IMG/VR virus record: IMGVR_UViG_3300032240_001667
Coordinates: 15,104 to 79,103 of that record
DNA: 64,000 nt
Reading direction: 5' to 3' (one strand)
DNA from: a virus
A model generated the notes under the pieces. The model was not told the origin of the DNA. It searched no databases and saw nothing but the letters and a program-made list of their open reading frames with translations. Shown in pieces: positions 40,230 to 50,017 of this stretch; position 1 is the stretch's first letter, and every line of letters starts with the position of its first letter. Both the position numbers and the translations under genes were made by a program.

Positions 40230-40673
40230 ATGGCAAAAATTCCATTACCAGAGCGTGGTCAACCACTTGATGTATCTTATATTTATCAACTTGCAAATGC
40301 AGTAAATGAATTATCAACACAGGTATCTCCAGCACTTTACAAATATGTAACAATTGATACTCCTGGTGTTGGTCAACAAAATGTAAAAGCCTCAGAGGCT
40401 AGGATTTTGGGCGGATATGTAGAAATCGTAAACAGTGCTTCAAAAACAAAAGGAGACACAGTTCCATTTTCTTATGCCTTTAGTACAGATTTTAAGTATG
40501 CACCAATTGCAGTTGCTACGCCAGTAAACATTGGAAACACCCCTGCAGGTAAAAATGTTTCAGTTGTTTTAAAATCTGTAACAACATCAAAAGTAGAGGG
40601 TGTTGTTCTTTTTAATGAAACAGGTGATTTAACTGTAGCGGTAAACCTAGTAGTTATAGGAATACCAAATTAG
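40230..40673 (+). CDS. Minor tail protein, putative
   Basis: Beta-rich C-terminus (FKYAPIAVAT...VNLVVIG); end of the tail module. Confidence 0.45.
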   Translation: MAKIPLPERGQPLDVSYIYQLANAVNELSTQVSPALYKYVTIDTPGVGQQNVKASEARILGGYVEIVNSASKTKGDTVPFSYAFSTDFKYAPIAVATPVNIGNTPAGKNVSVVLKSVTTSKVEGVVLFNETGDLTVAVNLVVIGIPN

Positions 40674-40864
40674 TGATTAAATGCAACAAGTGTAAAAACA
40701 ACATGTTTGTAGATAGACAATATTCATCTGCAATGCATTTAGAAATTTATTGTATTATTTGCGGAAATAGAAAATTTTATAATCCACCACAGAATTCATC
40801 GGAGGGAAGATGGCTCTTAGAAAAGGAAGCATTGAGAGCGAAGGCTACAATCTCGCCCCTGTAA
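40673..40864 (+). CDS. Small zinc-ribbon protein
   Basis: CNKC...CIICG. Confidence 0.6.
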   Translation: MIKCNKCKNNMFVDRQYSSAMHLEIYCIICGNRKFYNPPQNSSEGRWLLEKEALRAKATISPL

Positions 40865-41352
40865 TACCTGGCAATAAAAAAGTTTGGTTTTTAAATAAAG
40901 ATTTGGTTAGGGTTTATCATTTAAATAAATCAAATGGAATAATGTCTGTTTATAACATTACACAAGATAGAATAGAAAGTTGTTTAATTGGTGATTTTAA
41001 AAGTAAAAGAGAACGAGCCTATACTGTTGGAGAGACTGCAATTCTTGTTAATAGACATAAAAAATATATGCCATCTTTAATGAAACGAGGAATTATTCCT
41101 TTTCCAACTGGATCACAAAAAGGTGGTGCAAGAGGTTTTAGAGTTAGATCTTATTATTCAGAATCTCAAGTTAGAGAGATACGTGATATACTTGCTACTT
41201 ACCATATTGGAAGACCAAGAAAAGATAATTTAATAACAAATGATATGACACCCAGCACTCAAGAGTTGACAAGACGCATGGGGGACGGTATACTTAAATA
41301 CGTAAGAACTGAAGATGGAAGATTTGTTCCAGTTTGGAATGAATCCATTTAA
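40810..41352 (+). CDS. HTH DNA-binding protein (MerR/Xis-like), putative regulator
   Basis: YTVGETAILVNRH...RSYYSESQV pattern. Confidence 0.55.
   Translation: MALRKGSIESEGYNLAPVIPGNKKVWFLNKDLVRVYHLNKSNGIMSVYNITQDRIESCLIGDFKSKRERAYTVGETAILVNRHKKYMPSLMKRGIIPFPTGSQKGGARGFRVRSYYSESQVREIRDILATYHIGRPRKDNLITNDMTPSTQELTRRMGDGILKYVRTEDGRFVPVWNESI
41266..41294 (+). promoter_or_regulatory. Housekeeping-sigma promoter TTGACA-N17-TATACT
   Basis: Consensus -35/-10, embedded in the upstream CDS. Confidence 0.7.
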
Positions 41353-41365
41353 CGAAGGGCATAAA

Positions 41366-41569
41366 ATGGAAGAAACAAAGGTATCTGTAACATTAGGATA
41401 TACGCTTAACCTAGGTAATTTTCAATCTTTAAGACTAGATCTTGGAGTTATTGATTCAAAGCGTGAAGGTGAAAATACAGATCAGGCATTTGAGCGTGTA
41501 TATAAGTTTGTTGAAGATAAGTTAACTGATAAAATTAAAGAAGCACAGACAGAAGCATCTGAGTCATAA
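41366..41569 (+). CDS. Conserved hypothetical protein
   Basis: METKVSVTLGYTLNLGNFQSLRLD-type small protein; ATG at 41366. Confidence 0.65.
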   Translation: MEETKVSVTLGYTLNLGNFQSLRLDLGVIDSKREGENTDQAFERVYKFVEDKLTDKIKEAQTEASES

Positions 41570-41877
41570 TGGCTGAACGCAAAGACCGAATGGCTTTGCT
41601 TAGTAGATACAACAAACTGCATTTGCAAAGATACGAGCAAAAGTCTAACATGAATCTTAATGTAGAACAATGGGCTGCGGATGGCTTGGTTGAGTCATAT
41701 GGAATTTCTCAATGTTATGATTTATTAGATTATTATTTTAATATTGCACAAGATCCAAATTGGAATTTCTTTGCATACAATGCAGAAAAAATTCTTAATG
41801 GTAAAATTGATAAAGAGCAAGATGATAAAGAACGAATAGAGCGTAGGAAAAAAGCAAAGGAGTGGTTAAATCAATAA
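41569..41877 (+). CDS. Hypothetical protein upstream of helicase
   Basis: Coupled ORF. Confidence 0.6.
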   Translation: MAERKDRMALLSRYNKLHLQRYEQKSNMNLNVEQWAADGLVESYGISQCYDLLDYYFNIAQDPNWNFFAYNAEKILNGKIDKEQDDKERIERRKKAKEWLNQ

Positions 41878-43090
41878 TACAGAGGCAAAGTTAATCACTG
41901 CAGTTTTACAAGATAAACAGGTTCATGTATTGCTACAAGCAAACATTGAAAATTTGCTTAGAACGCATAGTGATATTTGGAATTTTATTAGAAATTATTC
42001 TGAACACAATGGAACAGTCCCACCAGTATCTTTAGTGGTGGAAAAGTTTAGAGACTTTGTTCCAGTTGAAGGAATTGGTGCAACCAAGCATCATCTTGAT
42101 GAGTTGCAAGTTGAATATTTAAACGATAGTCTTAAAGATATTATTAGAAATGCTGCAACTGAGATTCAAGGTGGAGAAGGTTCCAAAGCACTTGAAGATT
42201 TAATTACAAAAACATCAGAACTCAAAAAAAATACATCTTCAATTCGTGATATTGATGCAACTGATATTGATTCTGCAATTGCATATTTTGAGAATGTAAA
42301 AAAACAACAAGCACTTGGACACATAGGAATTAAAACTGGTTTGCCAGGATTTGATAATTATTTGCCATCTGGAATTATGCCAGGACAGTTGGGCGTATTT
42401 CTTGCATATCCAGGAATTGGAAAGTCTTGGCTTGCATTGTATTTTGCAGTACAGGCTTGGAAACAAGGAAAGACCCCATTAATTATTTCTCTTGAGATGT
42501 CCGAAACAGAAGTTCGCAATCGTGCTTTTACAATTATGGGTGAAGGTCTTTGGTCGCATAGGAAATTAAGTAATGGTGAAGTTGAAATGGATATGCTTAA
42601 AAAGTGGCATGCAGACAAACTTCAAGGAAAGCCACACTTTCATATCATTTCAAATGATCAAGGTGGCGAAGTTACCCCCTCAGTTATTCGTGGAAAGATT
42701 GATCAATATAAACCAGACTTTGTTATCGTGGACTACTTGCAACTTATGAGTCCAAATCAAAAATCAGATAATGAAACAGTACGAATGAAAAATCTTTCAA
42801 GAGAACTAAAACTTATGGCTATTAGTGAAGAGGTGCCGATCATGGCTATTTCCTCTGCAACCCCAGACGATGTAAAAGACTTAAGTACTGTTCCAACATT
42901 GGGTCAAACTGCATGGTCAAGGCAGATTGCATATGATGCTGATTGGGTTTTAGCACTTGGTCGTGGAACAAATAGCGATATTATTGAATGTGCGTTTAGA
43001 AAAAATCGTAATGGATTTATGGGTGATTTCTTAGTTCAATGTGATTTTGACAGGGGTTATTATAGATATAAAGATTTTGAAGATAAGTAG
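41870..43090 (+). CDS. dnaB: DnaB-like replicative helicase (probable ATC start)
   Basis: Walker A AYPGIGKS, SLEMS, VIVDYLQLM, SRELKLMA, IAYDADWV, KNRNG. Confidence 0.92.
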   Translation: MNNTEAKLITAVLQDKQVHVLLQANIENLLRTHSDIWNFIRNYSEHNGTVPPVSLVVEKFRDFVPVEGIGATKHHLDELQVEYLNDSLKDIIRNAATEIQGGEGSKALEDLITKTSELKKNTSSIRDIDATDIDSAIAYFENVKKQQALGHIGIKTGLPGFDNYLPSGIMPGQLGVFLAYPGIGKSWLALYFAVQAWKQGKTPLIISLEMSETEVRNRAFTIMGEGLWSHRKLSNGEVEMDMLKKWHADKLQGKPHFHIISNDQGGEVTPSVIRGKIDQYKPDFVIVDYLQLMSPNQKSDNETVRMKNLSRELKLMAISEEVPIMAISSATPDDVKDLSTVPTLGQTAWSRQIAYDADWVLALGRGTNSDIIECAFRKNRNGFMGDFLVQCDFDRGYYRYKDFEDK

Positions 43091-43104
43091 GTATAATATG
43101 AAGT

Positions 43105-43431
43105 ATGACACAGTTTCACCATAGGCAGATTAAACATTTTAATTTAAGTGGTATTATTCACGATGAATCTGCTATTGGAAGACTAAAAAATGAATATATA
43201 AGATTAATAACATCAGAAATGAAGTTTGCAGGATATGCTCCAAGGTTTGACTTAGAACCTGATTTTACTGTAGACTATGATGAAAAAAAGAAAATATTTG
43301 AATTTGAATTAACAATATATGGAATATATGTAGGGAAAAGGAAGGCACAATGGATAGCAGGGGTAGACAGGTACAACGCAATACATATACAAAAGAACAA
43401 ATCAAAAGAGTTCTTACAGGAACAGGCGTAA
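43105..43431 (+). CDS. Hypothetical protein
   Basis: 108-aa ORF, ATG 7 nt after TATAAT; overlaps the primase by 82 nt. Confidence 0.6.
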   Translation: MTQFHHRQIKHFNLSGIIHDESAIGRLKNEYIRLITSEMKFAGYAPRFDLEPDFTVDYDEKKKIFEFELTIYGIYVGKRKAQWIAGVDRYNAIHIQKNKSKEFLQEQA

Positions 43432-44294
43432 CCATAGAGTCAGAAGTTGACTCTGACTATATTATCTTTTGTCCTTATCATAATAACAATAAAACCCCAG
43501 CAGGAGAAATTGATAAGTTTAATGGAACCTTTTTTTGTTTTTCTTGTCATCATATTGCAGATCTTGTAGAGTTTGTAATGCATATGTCAAATAGAACTTA
43601 TTTTGAATCTATAAGATATATTAAAAGCAAAGAAACAGAACAAGACCTAGAAAAAGATATTAATCAAAAACTTATTTCAAAACCAGATTTTATACAATAT
43701 GATGAATTAATTCTTAAAAGATTATATAATAATTTAACAATATCAGATAGAGCAAAAGACTATTTTAAATATAGAAAAATTACAACAAATTCTTGGATTA
43801 AATTTTCTTTGGGTTATTCAGAAAAACAAGATATGGTTATTGTTCCTGTTCATAGTCCAGATGGTATTGCTGTTGGTTTTGTAGGAAGGTCTATTGAAGG
43901 AAAAGAGTTTAAGAATACTCCAGGTTTGCCAAAAGCAAAAACATTATTTAATTTAAATCGTGTTAAAACAGCAGACAAGGTTTATGTGGTAGAATCATCT
44001 TTTGACGCTATTCGTTTAGATCAAGTTGGTTTTCCAGCAGTTGCAACCCTTGGTGCAAATGTATCAAACATACAAATAGAATTGCTTCAAAAATATTTCA
44101 ATAATATTATTGTTATTGCAGATAATGATGAAGCAGGAGGAAACATGAAGACTAAGATAATTGAAAAACTTGGCTCTCGTGTATCCGTTATACAACTTAA
44201 TAAAGAATATAAAGACATAGGCGATATGGATGATAAGTCAATTAAAGAACTAGAGTATCAGTTTGACAAATCAATACTATCCATGCTAAACTAA
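43350..44294 (+). CDS. dnaG: DNA primase (CHC2 zinc finger + Toprim)
   Basis: CPYH...CFSC; GFVGR; VVESSFDAI; ADNDEAG; KDIGD. Confidence 0.9.
   Translation: MDSRGRQVQRNTYTKEQIKRVLTGTGVTIESEVDSDYIIFCPYHNNNKTPAGEIDKFNGTFFCFSCHHIADLVEFVMHMSNRTYFESIRYIKSKETEQDLEKDINQKLISKPDFIQYDELILKRLYNNLTISDRAKDYFKYRKITTNSWIKFSLGYSEKQDMVIVPVHSPDGIAVGFVGRSIEGKEFKNTPGLPKAKTLFNLNRVKTADKVYVVESSFDAIRLDQVGFPAVATLGANVSNIQIELLQKYFNNIIVIADNDEAGGNMKTKIIEKLGSRVSVIQLNKEYKDIGDMDDKSIKELEYQFDKSILSMLN
44263..44292 (+). promoter_or_regulatory. Promoter TTGACA-N18-TAAACT (with TG extension) for SSB/DnaE genes
   Basis: Consensus elements. Confidence 0.65.
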
Positions 44295-44317
44295 CATATA
44301 CAATAAAAGGAGAAAAA

Positions 44318-44971
44318 ATGAGCATCATTAAAGGACTAAAAGATATCAGTGCAATACTTGACAAGCCAAAGTTTGAAAGTACAGGACAAAAGGTTCGTTG
44401 GGTAAAGTTGGCAGATGGACAATCTGCAAAAATTAGATTTGTAGAAGAGTTGGATCAAGATTCTGCAAATTATAATGAAAGTCGTGGACTTTCTGTTGTT
44501 GTTTCAGAACATACAAACCCAAAAGATTATAAGCGTAAGGCTGCATGCACAATGGAGTCAGAGGGCAGATGCTTTGGTTGTGAAATGGCAAAGAAGGAAC
44601 CAAAGTCAGGCTGGCGAGCAAGACTTCGTTTTTATTGCAATGTTCTTATTAATGACGGAACAGAAGATGCATACATTGCTGTTTGGTCACAAGGCATTTC
44701 AAAGCAATCAGCATTTAACAATATTCGTGAATATGCCCTTGACACAGGAAGCGTATCTAATCTTGAGTGGAAGTTAAAGCGTAATGGTCAGGGAACTGAA
44801 ACAAATTACACACTTCTTCCAAGCAAGCCAGATTCAGAACCATTTAATTGGGAAGGTTTTGAATACTTCAACCTAGAAAAGGTTGTTCGTGAAGTTCCAT
44901 ATCCAGAGCAAGAAGCATTTTACTTTGGATTTGACACTCCATCTGTTACCAGCACAAATATTGACTGGTAA
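44318..44971 (+). CDS. Single-stranded DNA-binding protein (gp32-like, Zn-binding), putative
   Basis: KIRF..., EH...ACT...CFGC, KRNGQGTETNY, acidic/aromatic C-terminus; between primase and polymerase. Confidence 0.65.
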   Translation: MSIIKGLKDISAILDKPKFESTGQKVRWVKLADGQSAKIRFVEELDQDSANYNESRGLSVVVSEHTNPKDYKRKAACTMESEGRCFGCEMAKKEPKSGWRARLRFYCNVLINDGTEDAYIAVWSQGISKQSAFNNIREYALDTGSVSNLEWKLKRNGQGTETNYTLLPSKPDSEPFNWEGFEYFNLEKVVREVPYPEQEAFYFGFDTPSVTSTNIDW

Positions 44972-44974
44972 TTG

Positions 44975-47900
44975 ATGAATTACGTAGGCTTACATGTACA
45001 TACCCATTACTCGTTATTTGACGGGATTGCTACTCCAGAAGAATACATTGACCGTGCAGTTGAGTTAGGGATGCCAGCAATTGCCATCACTGACCACGGT
45101 ACTTTATCTGGGCATAGGGAACTGCACCGTATTGCAAAAGCAAAAGGTATTAAGCCTATACTTGGTGTAGAAGGCTATATGTGTCAAGATAGATTTGATA
45201 CTAGAGATAAGTCTGAAAGAGACGGAGATCTAGATTTAATCTATAACCATATAGTCCTTCTCGCCAAGAACCAAATTGGTTTGGAAAATCTAAATAAGAT
45301 TAATGAGATTGCATGGACAGAAGGATATTTTAAGAAGCCAAGGTTTGACTTTGAGATTCTTGAAAAGTATTCAGAAGGAATCATGGTTACTTCTGCTTGC
45401 CCAAGTAGTGTACTTGTAAAAGCACTTGAAAATAATGAATTTGCTATTGCTAAAAAACACATTGAATGGTTTAAGCGAGTCTTTAACGATGACTACTATA
45501 TTGAGGTAATGCCACATAACCCAGCAGAAATCAACAAACAACTAATTCAATTAGCAGATGAGTTTGCTGTACAAGTTGTTGTTACCCCAGACTGCCATCA
45601 CAGTTCAACTGATCAAAAAGAAATTCAAGAGTTTAAACTTCTGCTTAACACCCATGTAAAAATTGATAAAGAACATACTTTTGAAAAATCTAAAAAACAT
45701 ACAGATATGATGAAGCGTCTTGATTATCTATACGGAGAAGATCGTCAGATTACTTTTAATAAGTTTGACATTCACCTTCTTTCTTATGAAGAGATGAAGA
45801 CTGCCATGGAAGCACAAGGCATTGATCGTCCAGACATTTATTCCAATACATTACTTGTGGCTGACAAAGTTAAAGATTATGGAATTCAAGAAGGACTAGA
45901 CCTCCTCCCAGTTCAATACAAAAACCCAGATGAAGAATTAAGGTCTTTGGCATTAGAAGGTCTTGTGTCTAGAGGCATTGAAGGAAAAAAAGAATATCTA
46001 GATAGATTAGATGAAGAATTAAATGTTATAAAAGATAAAAAGTTTGCTCCATACTTTCTTGTTGTTCGAAGTATGATTAATTGGGCAAAAAAAGAAGACA
46101 TCATGGTTGGTCCAGGCCGAGGATCTGCTGCAGGTTCTTTACTGTGTTATGCACTTAACATAACGGATATTGATCCTATACAACATGGATTATTGTTTTT
46201 CCGTTTTATTAACCCAGAGCGAAATGACTTTCCAGATATTGATACCGATATTCAAGATTCTCGTAGAGAAGAAGTAAAAGATTATTTAGTTAGACAGTAT
46301 CGACATGTTGCATCCATTGCTACATTTTTATCTTTTAAAGATAAAGGCGTAGTCAGAGATGTTGCAAGAGTTTTAAATATTCCTCTAACAGATGTAAATA
46401 AAGTTCTTAAACTTGTGGACACCTGGGATGAATACTGTACATCAAAAACAACTCAAGAGTTTCGTGATAAATATCCAGAAGTAGAAATTTATGGAGAACA
46501 ACTTCGTGGAAGAATCAGAGGAACGGGTATTCATGCTGCTGGAGTTGTAACCAGTAAAGATCCAATTTTTAGATTTGCTCCAATGGAAACTAGATCTATA
46601 ACTGGTCAAGATGGAAGAATTCCAGTCGTAGCGGTTGACATGGAAGAAGCAGAGAGAATTGGATTAATTAAGATTGATGCTCTTGGACTTAAAACTTTAT
46701 CGGTTTTAAAAGATGCATTAGACATAATTGAAGAACGAGATGGAAAAGTTATTGACCCATTAAAAATTCCAATGGATGATCCAAATGTATACGCAATGCT
46801 TTCTGACGGATATACAAAGGGAGTGTTTCAGTGTGAAGCAGCACCATATACAAATTTATTAATAAAGATGCGTGTTAAGAGTCTTGAAGAACTTTCAGCA
46901 TCAAATGCTTTAGTTCGACCAGGAGCAATGAATACAATTGGAAAAGATTATATTGCTATTAAACATGGTCGTCAAAATCCAGATTATAAACATCAAGTTA
47001 TTAAATCATTTACGGAGGAAACCTATGGTTGTATTCTTTACCAAGAGCAAGTTATGCAAGCATGCGTACAACTTGGCGGTATGTCCATGTCGGAAGCAGA
47101 TAAAGTTAGAAAGATCATTGGTAAGAAAAAAGATGCTAAAGAATTTGATGTATTTAAAGATAAGTTTGTTAAGGGTGCCTCTCAATACATTTCGCCGAAT
47201 CAAGCCTTAGATTTATGGCATGATTTTGAGGCTCATGCAGGTTATTCTTTTAATAAATCTCATGCGGTTGCTTATTCTACATTATCATATTGGACAGCAT
47301 GGTTAAAATATCATTATCCACTAGAGTTTATGTACTCATTATTAAAAAATGAAAAGGACAAAGATGCAAGAACTGAGTATCTTATTGAAGCAAAAAGAAT
47401 GGGGATTAGCATTAAACTACCTCACATTAACGATTCCGATATTGATTTTAAAATTGAGGGTAAAGGCATTAGGTTTGGTTTATCGGGTATTAAGTTCATT
47501 TCCGATAAGATTGCAGAAAGATATATTTCTGCTAGGCCTTTTAGTTCGTATTCTCAACTTGAAGAATTTACTTTTACAAAAGGAAATGGAGTTAACAGTC
47601 GTGCTTTACAAGCATTACGAGTTGTTGGTGCAGCAACATTTAATGATAATCCAAGAAATGAACAAGAGATTAAAGAAAACTTATACGAGTATTTAAATTT
47701 GCCAGAGTTTAATATTTCTGTACCATCACACTATTATGCTTTTATTAATGATATTAATGACTTTGAAGAAAAGGGGTCATACATATTAATGGGAATGGTA
47801 AAATCTATTAAAAGAGGAACTGGTTGGTCTAGAGTAGAAGTTTTAGATAAAACTGGTAGTGTTGGAATTTTTGACGAAGAGCAGACTACAATTGAAACAG

Positions 47901-48247
47901 GTTCTTCCTATATTATTCTTGCAAATGATAATAGAATTTTATCTGCAGTTCCAATTGATGAAATAAAAACATCTGGTACTGGCTTGGTTAAGTTTTTAAG
48001 TTATAAGCAATTACCATACAAAGATGAAGAAATGATGGTTGTTTCTTTTAAGCCAAGGACAACAAAGGCTGGCAAAAAGATGGCATCACTAACACTTGCA
48101 GACTCATCAAGAGATTTACATTCAGTAACCGTTTTTCCAACTCATTTTGCAAAAGCATATATGCATTTAGAAGAAGGAAAGGCTTATAAATTTTCTTTTG
48201 GTAAAACAAAAGATGGAACAATTACATTGGAGGATATAAATGCTTGA
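44975..48247 (+). CDS. dnaE: DNA polymerase III alpha subunit (family C)
   Basis: PHP HVHTHYSLFDG and TDHG; GPGRGSAAGS; FPDIDTD; HAAGVV; KIDALGL; YSFNKSHA. Confidence 0.96.
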   Translation: MNYVGLHVHTHYSLFDGIATPEEYIDRAVELGMPAIAITDHGTLSGHRELHRIAKAKGIKPILGVEGYMCQDRFDTRDKSERDGDLDLIYNHIVLLAKNQIGLENLNKINEIAWTEGYFKKPRFDFEILEKYSEGIMVTSACPSSVLVKALENNEFAIAKKHIEWFKRVFNDDYYIEVMPHNPAEINKQLIQLADEFAVQVVVTPDCHHSSTDQKEIQEFKLLLNTHVKIDKEHTFEKSKKHTDMMKRLDYLYGEDRQITFNKFDIHLLSYEEMKTAMEAQGIDRPDIYSNTLLVADKVKDYGIQEGLDLLPVQYKNPDEELRSLALEGLVSRGIEGKKEYLDRLDEELNVIKDKKFAPYFLVVRSMINWAKKEDIMVGPGRGSAAGSLLCYALNITDIDPIQHGLLFFRFINPERNDFPDIDTDIQDSRREEVKDYLVRQYRHVASIATFLSFKDKGVVRDVARVLNIPLTDVNKVLKLVDTWDEYCTSKTTQEFRDKYPEVEIYGEQLRGRIRGTGIHAAGVVTSKDPIFRFAPMETRSITGQDGRIPVVAVDMEEAERIGLIKIDALGLKTLSVLKDALDIIEERDGKVIDPLKIPMDDPNVYAMLSDGYTKGVFQCEAAPYTNLLIKMRVKSLEELSASNALVRPGAMNTIGKDYIAIKHGRQNPDYKHQVIKSFTEETYGCILYQEQVMQACVQLGGMSMSEADKVRKIIGKKKDAKEFDVFKDKFVKGASQYISPNQALDLWHDFEAHAGYSFNKSHAVAYSTLSYWTAWLKYHYPLEFMYSLLKNEKDKDARTEYLIEAKRMGISIKLPHINDSDIDFKIEGKGIRFGLSGIKFISDKIAERYISARPFSSYSQLEEFTFTKGNGVNSRALQALRVVGAATFNDNPRNEQEIKENLYEYLNLPEFNISVPSHYYAFINDINDFEEKGSYILMGMVKSIKRGTGWSRVEVLDKTGSVGIFDEEQTTIETGSSYIILANDNRILSAVPIDEIKTSGTGLVKFLSYKQLPYKDEEMMVVSFKPRTTKAGKKMASLTLADSSRDLHSVTVFPTHFAKAYMHLEEGKAYKFSFGKTKDGTITLEDINA

Positions 48248-48557
48248 TGATTTAGCAATGCAGTTGCATGCTGTTGCAGTAGAAAAAGGTTTTTGGCCTG
48301 AAGAAGTAGATGATATTTTTATTGCTAAGCAATGCATGATGATTGTTTCTGAAGTTACAGAAACTATGGAAGCAATTAGAAAAGATAAAGGCGAAGAAGA
48401 AATAACAAAAGAGGTTGCAGATATCTTAATTCGAACTTTGGATTTGTATGCAGGATTAGTTGAAGCAGGGTATACTAAGTTATCACTTGATTATTCACTT
48501 GAGGAAAAAACGCAGTTTAATAAAACTAGACCAGAGAAGCATGGAGTAAGATTCTAA
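48240..48557 (+). CDS. MazG-like nucleotide pyrophosphohydrolase
   Basis: SEVTETMEAIRK...EVADILIRTLD. Confidence 0.75.
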   Translation: MLDDLAMQLHAVAVEKGFWPEEVDDIFIAKQCMMIVSEVTETMEAIRKDKGEEEITKEVADILIRTLDLYAGLVEAGYTKLSLDYSLEEKTQFNKTRPEKHGVRF

Positions 48558-49567
48558 TGACAGTAACAGTAGAAGAGGCATTAGCACAACTAGATCCAAA
48601 ACTAAGAAAAAAGTTGGGTAACGGGGTTGGAGTAAATTATGAGTATCAACCAACACCTAGTTATGGTTTAAATCGTGCATTAGGCGGTGGGTTGCCATAT
48701 GGCAGACAGGTTCTTATATGGGGTTCAAAGTCATCCGCAAAGTCCTCTATGTGCCTTCAAATGATTGCTCTAGCACAAGCCGAAGGAAAGTTGTGTGCTT
48801 GGATTGATTCAGAAATGTCTTATTCAGAAGATTGGGCCAGAACTCTTGGGGTAGATCCAGAAAAATTAATTTATTCACAGGCAAGAACTATTAGTGATAT
48901 GGTAGATGTTGGAGTTGGATTAATGAATGCTGGAGTTGATTTAATAGTGGTAGACTCTATTACATCAATGCTTCCTGCAATTTATTTTGAAAAGGATACT
49001 GATGAAATGAAGGCTTTGGAAAACACAAAACAGATTGGAGCAGAATCTCGTGACTTTAGCAATGCATGGAAAATGCTTAATTATGCTAACAATAAGGTTA
49101 AGCCTACTCTTCTTGTTCTTATTTCCCAGTCTCGTAATAATATTAATGCTATGTATACTAGCCAGCAGCCTTCTGGTGGTCAGGCTACTAAGTTTTATTC
49201 TTCTTGTATTATTAAATTATTTAGTTCCGAATCCGACAATCAAGCGATTAAAGGAAAAATTAAAGTAGGAGATAAATTAATTGAAGAAAAGGTTGGAAGA
49301 AAAATTAGATGGGAATTACAATTTTCCAAAACATCTCCAGGATTTCAATCTGGAGAATATGATTTTTATTTTAGAGGTGATGATGTAGGACTTGATGCAA
49401 TTGGTGATCTTGTTGACACTGCAGAACTAAATGGTATCGTAGAAAAAACAGGAGCATGGTATATTCTTCCAGATGGAAGCAAGGTCCAAGGAAGAGAAGC
49501 GTTTGTTAATCGTGTAAGAGAAGATCTTGATTTACAAGATTCTATAAAGAAACAATTAAATGGCTAA
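48557..49567 (+). CDS. recA: RecA/UvsX-like recombinase
   Basis: LNRALGGGLPYGR, variant Walker A GSKSSAKS, WIDSE, IVVDS, ISQSR, GGQATKFYSS, GAWY. Confidence 0.9.
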   Translation: MTVTVEEALAQLDPKLRKKLGNGVGVNYEYQPTPSYGLNRALGGGLPYGRQVLIWGSKSSAKSSMCLQMIALAQAEGKLCAWIDSEMSYSEDWARTLGVDPEKLIYSQARTISDMVDVGVGLMNAGVDLIVVDSITSMLPAIYFEKDTDEMKALENTKQIGAESRDFSNAWKMLNYANNKVKPTLLVLISQSRNNINAMYTSQQPSGGQATKFYSSCIIKLFSSESDNQAIKGKIKVGDKLIEEKVGRKIRWELQFSKTSPGFQSGEYDFYFRGDDVGLDAIGDLVDTAELNGIVEKTGAWYILPDGSKVQGREAFVNRVREDLDLQDSIKKQLNG

Positions 49568-49736
49568 ATATACTGTTTATCATGGTCAATTTAATTGTCA
49601 TGTTTGTAGGGAAGAGGTTTTAAGTTTAAGGCTTTATCCAGAAACTAGAGAATTAACCTGGATGTGTAAAGAAAAACATTTAAGTAAAGTAAAAATTGGA
49701 CAACCAACAAAGAAGGATTATGAGCGAGAAAAGTGA
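49560..49736 (+). CDS. Small zinc-finger protein (not in ORF track)
   Basis: MAKYTVYHGQFNCHVCREE...WMCKEKH...EREK*, 58 aa, fills the gap between recA and the resolvase. Confidence 0.65.
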   Translation: MAKYTVYHGQFNCHVCREEVLSLRLYPETRELTWMCKEKHLSKVKIGQPTKKDYEREK

Positions 49737-50010
49737 AAGTAAAAGAATTGGTGCAAAGCAGCATAAAAATTCTGGTCGCAATACTCAAAAGGGTGATGCA
49801 ACTTGGCAAGGATTTGTGGTTGATTTTAAAGAAGCCTCCAAGTCTTTTACCATAAATAAAGATGTTTGGGCCAAGGCCTGCACAGATGCAATTAGAGCGG
49901 GTACAGATAAAGCACCAGCAATAATTTTAATACTTGGAGAAGGAAATACCAAAGTAAGACTAGCCATTATTGAAATGGACATGTTAGAGCAAGTTATGGA
50001 TGGTGTATAA
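49720..50010 (+). CDS. PD-(D/E)XK Holliday-junction resolvase-like nuclease (Hjc-type)
   Basis: SE...NSG...KGDA...VVDFKE. Confidence 0.65.
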   Translation: MSEKSESKRIGAKQHKNSGRNTQKGDATWQGFVVDFKEASKSFTINKDVWAKACTDAIRAGTDKAPAIILILGEGNTKVRLAIIEMDMLEQVMDGV

Positions 50011-50017
50011 TATAATT

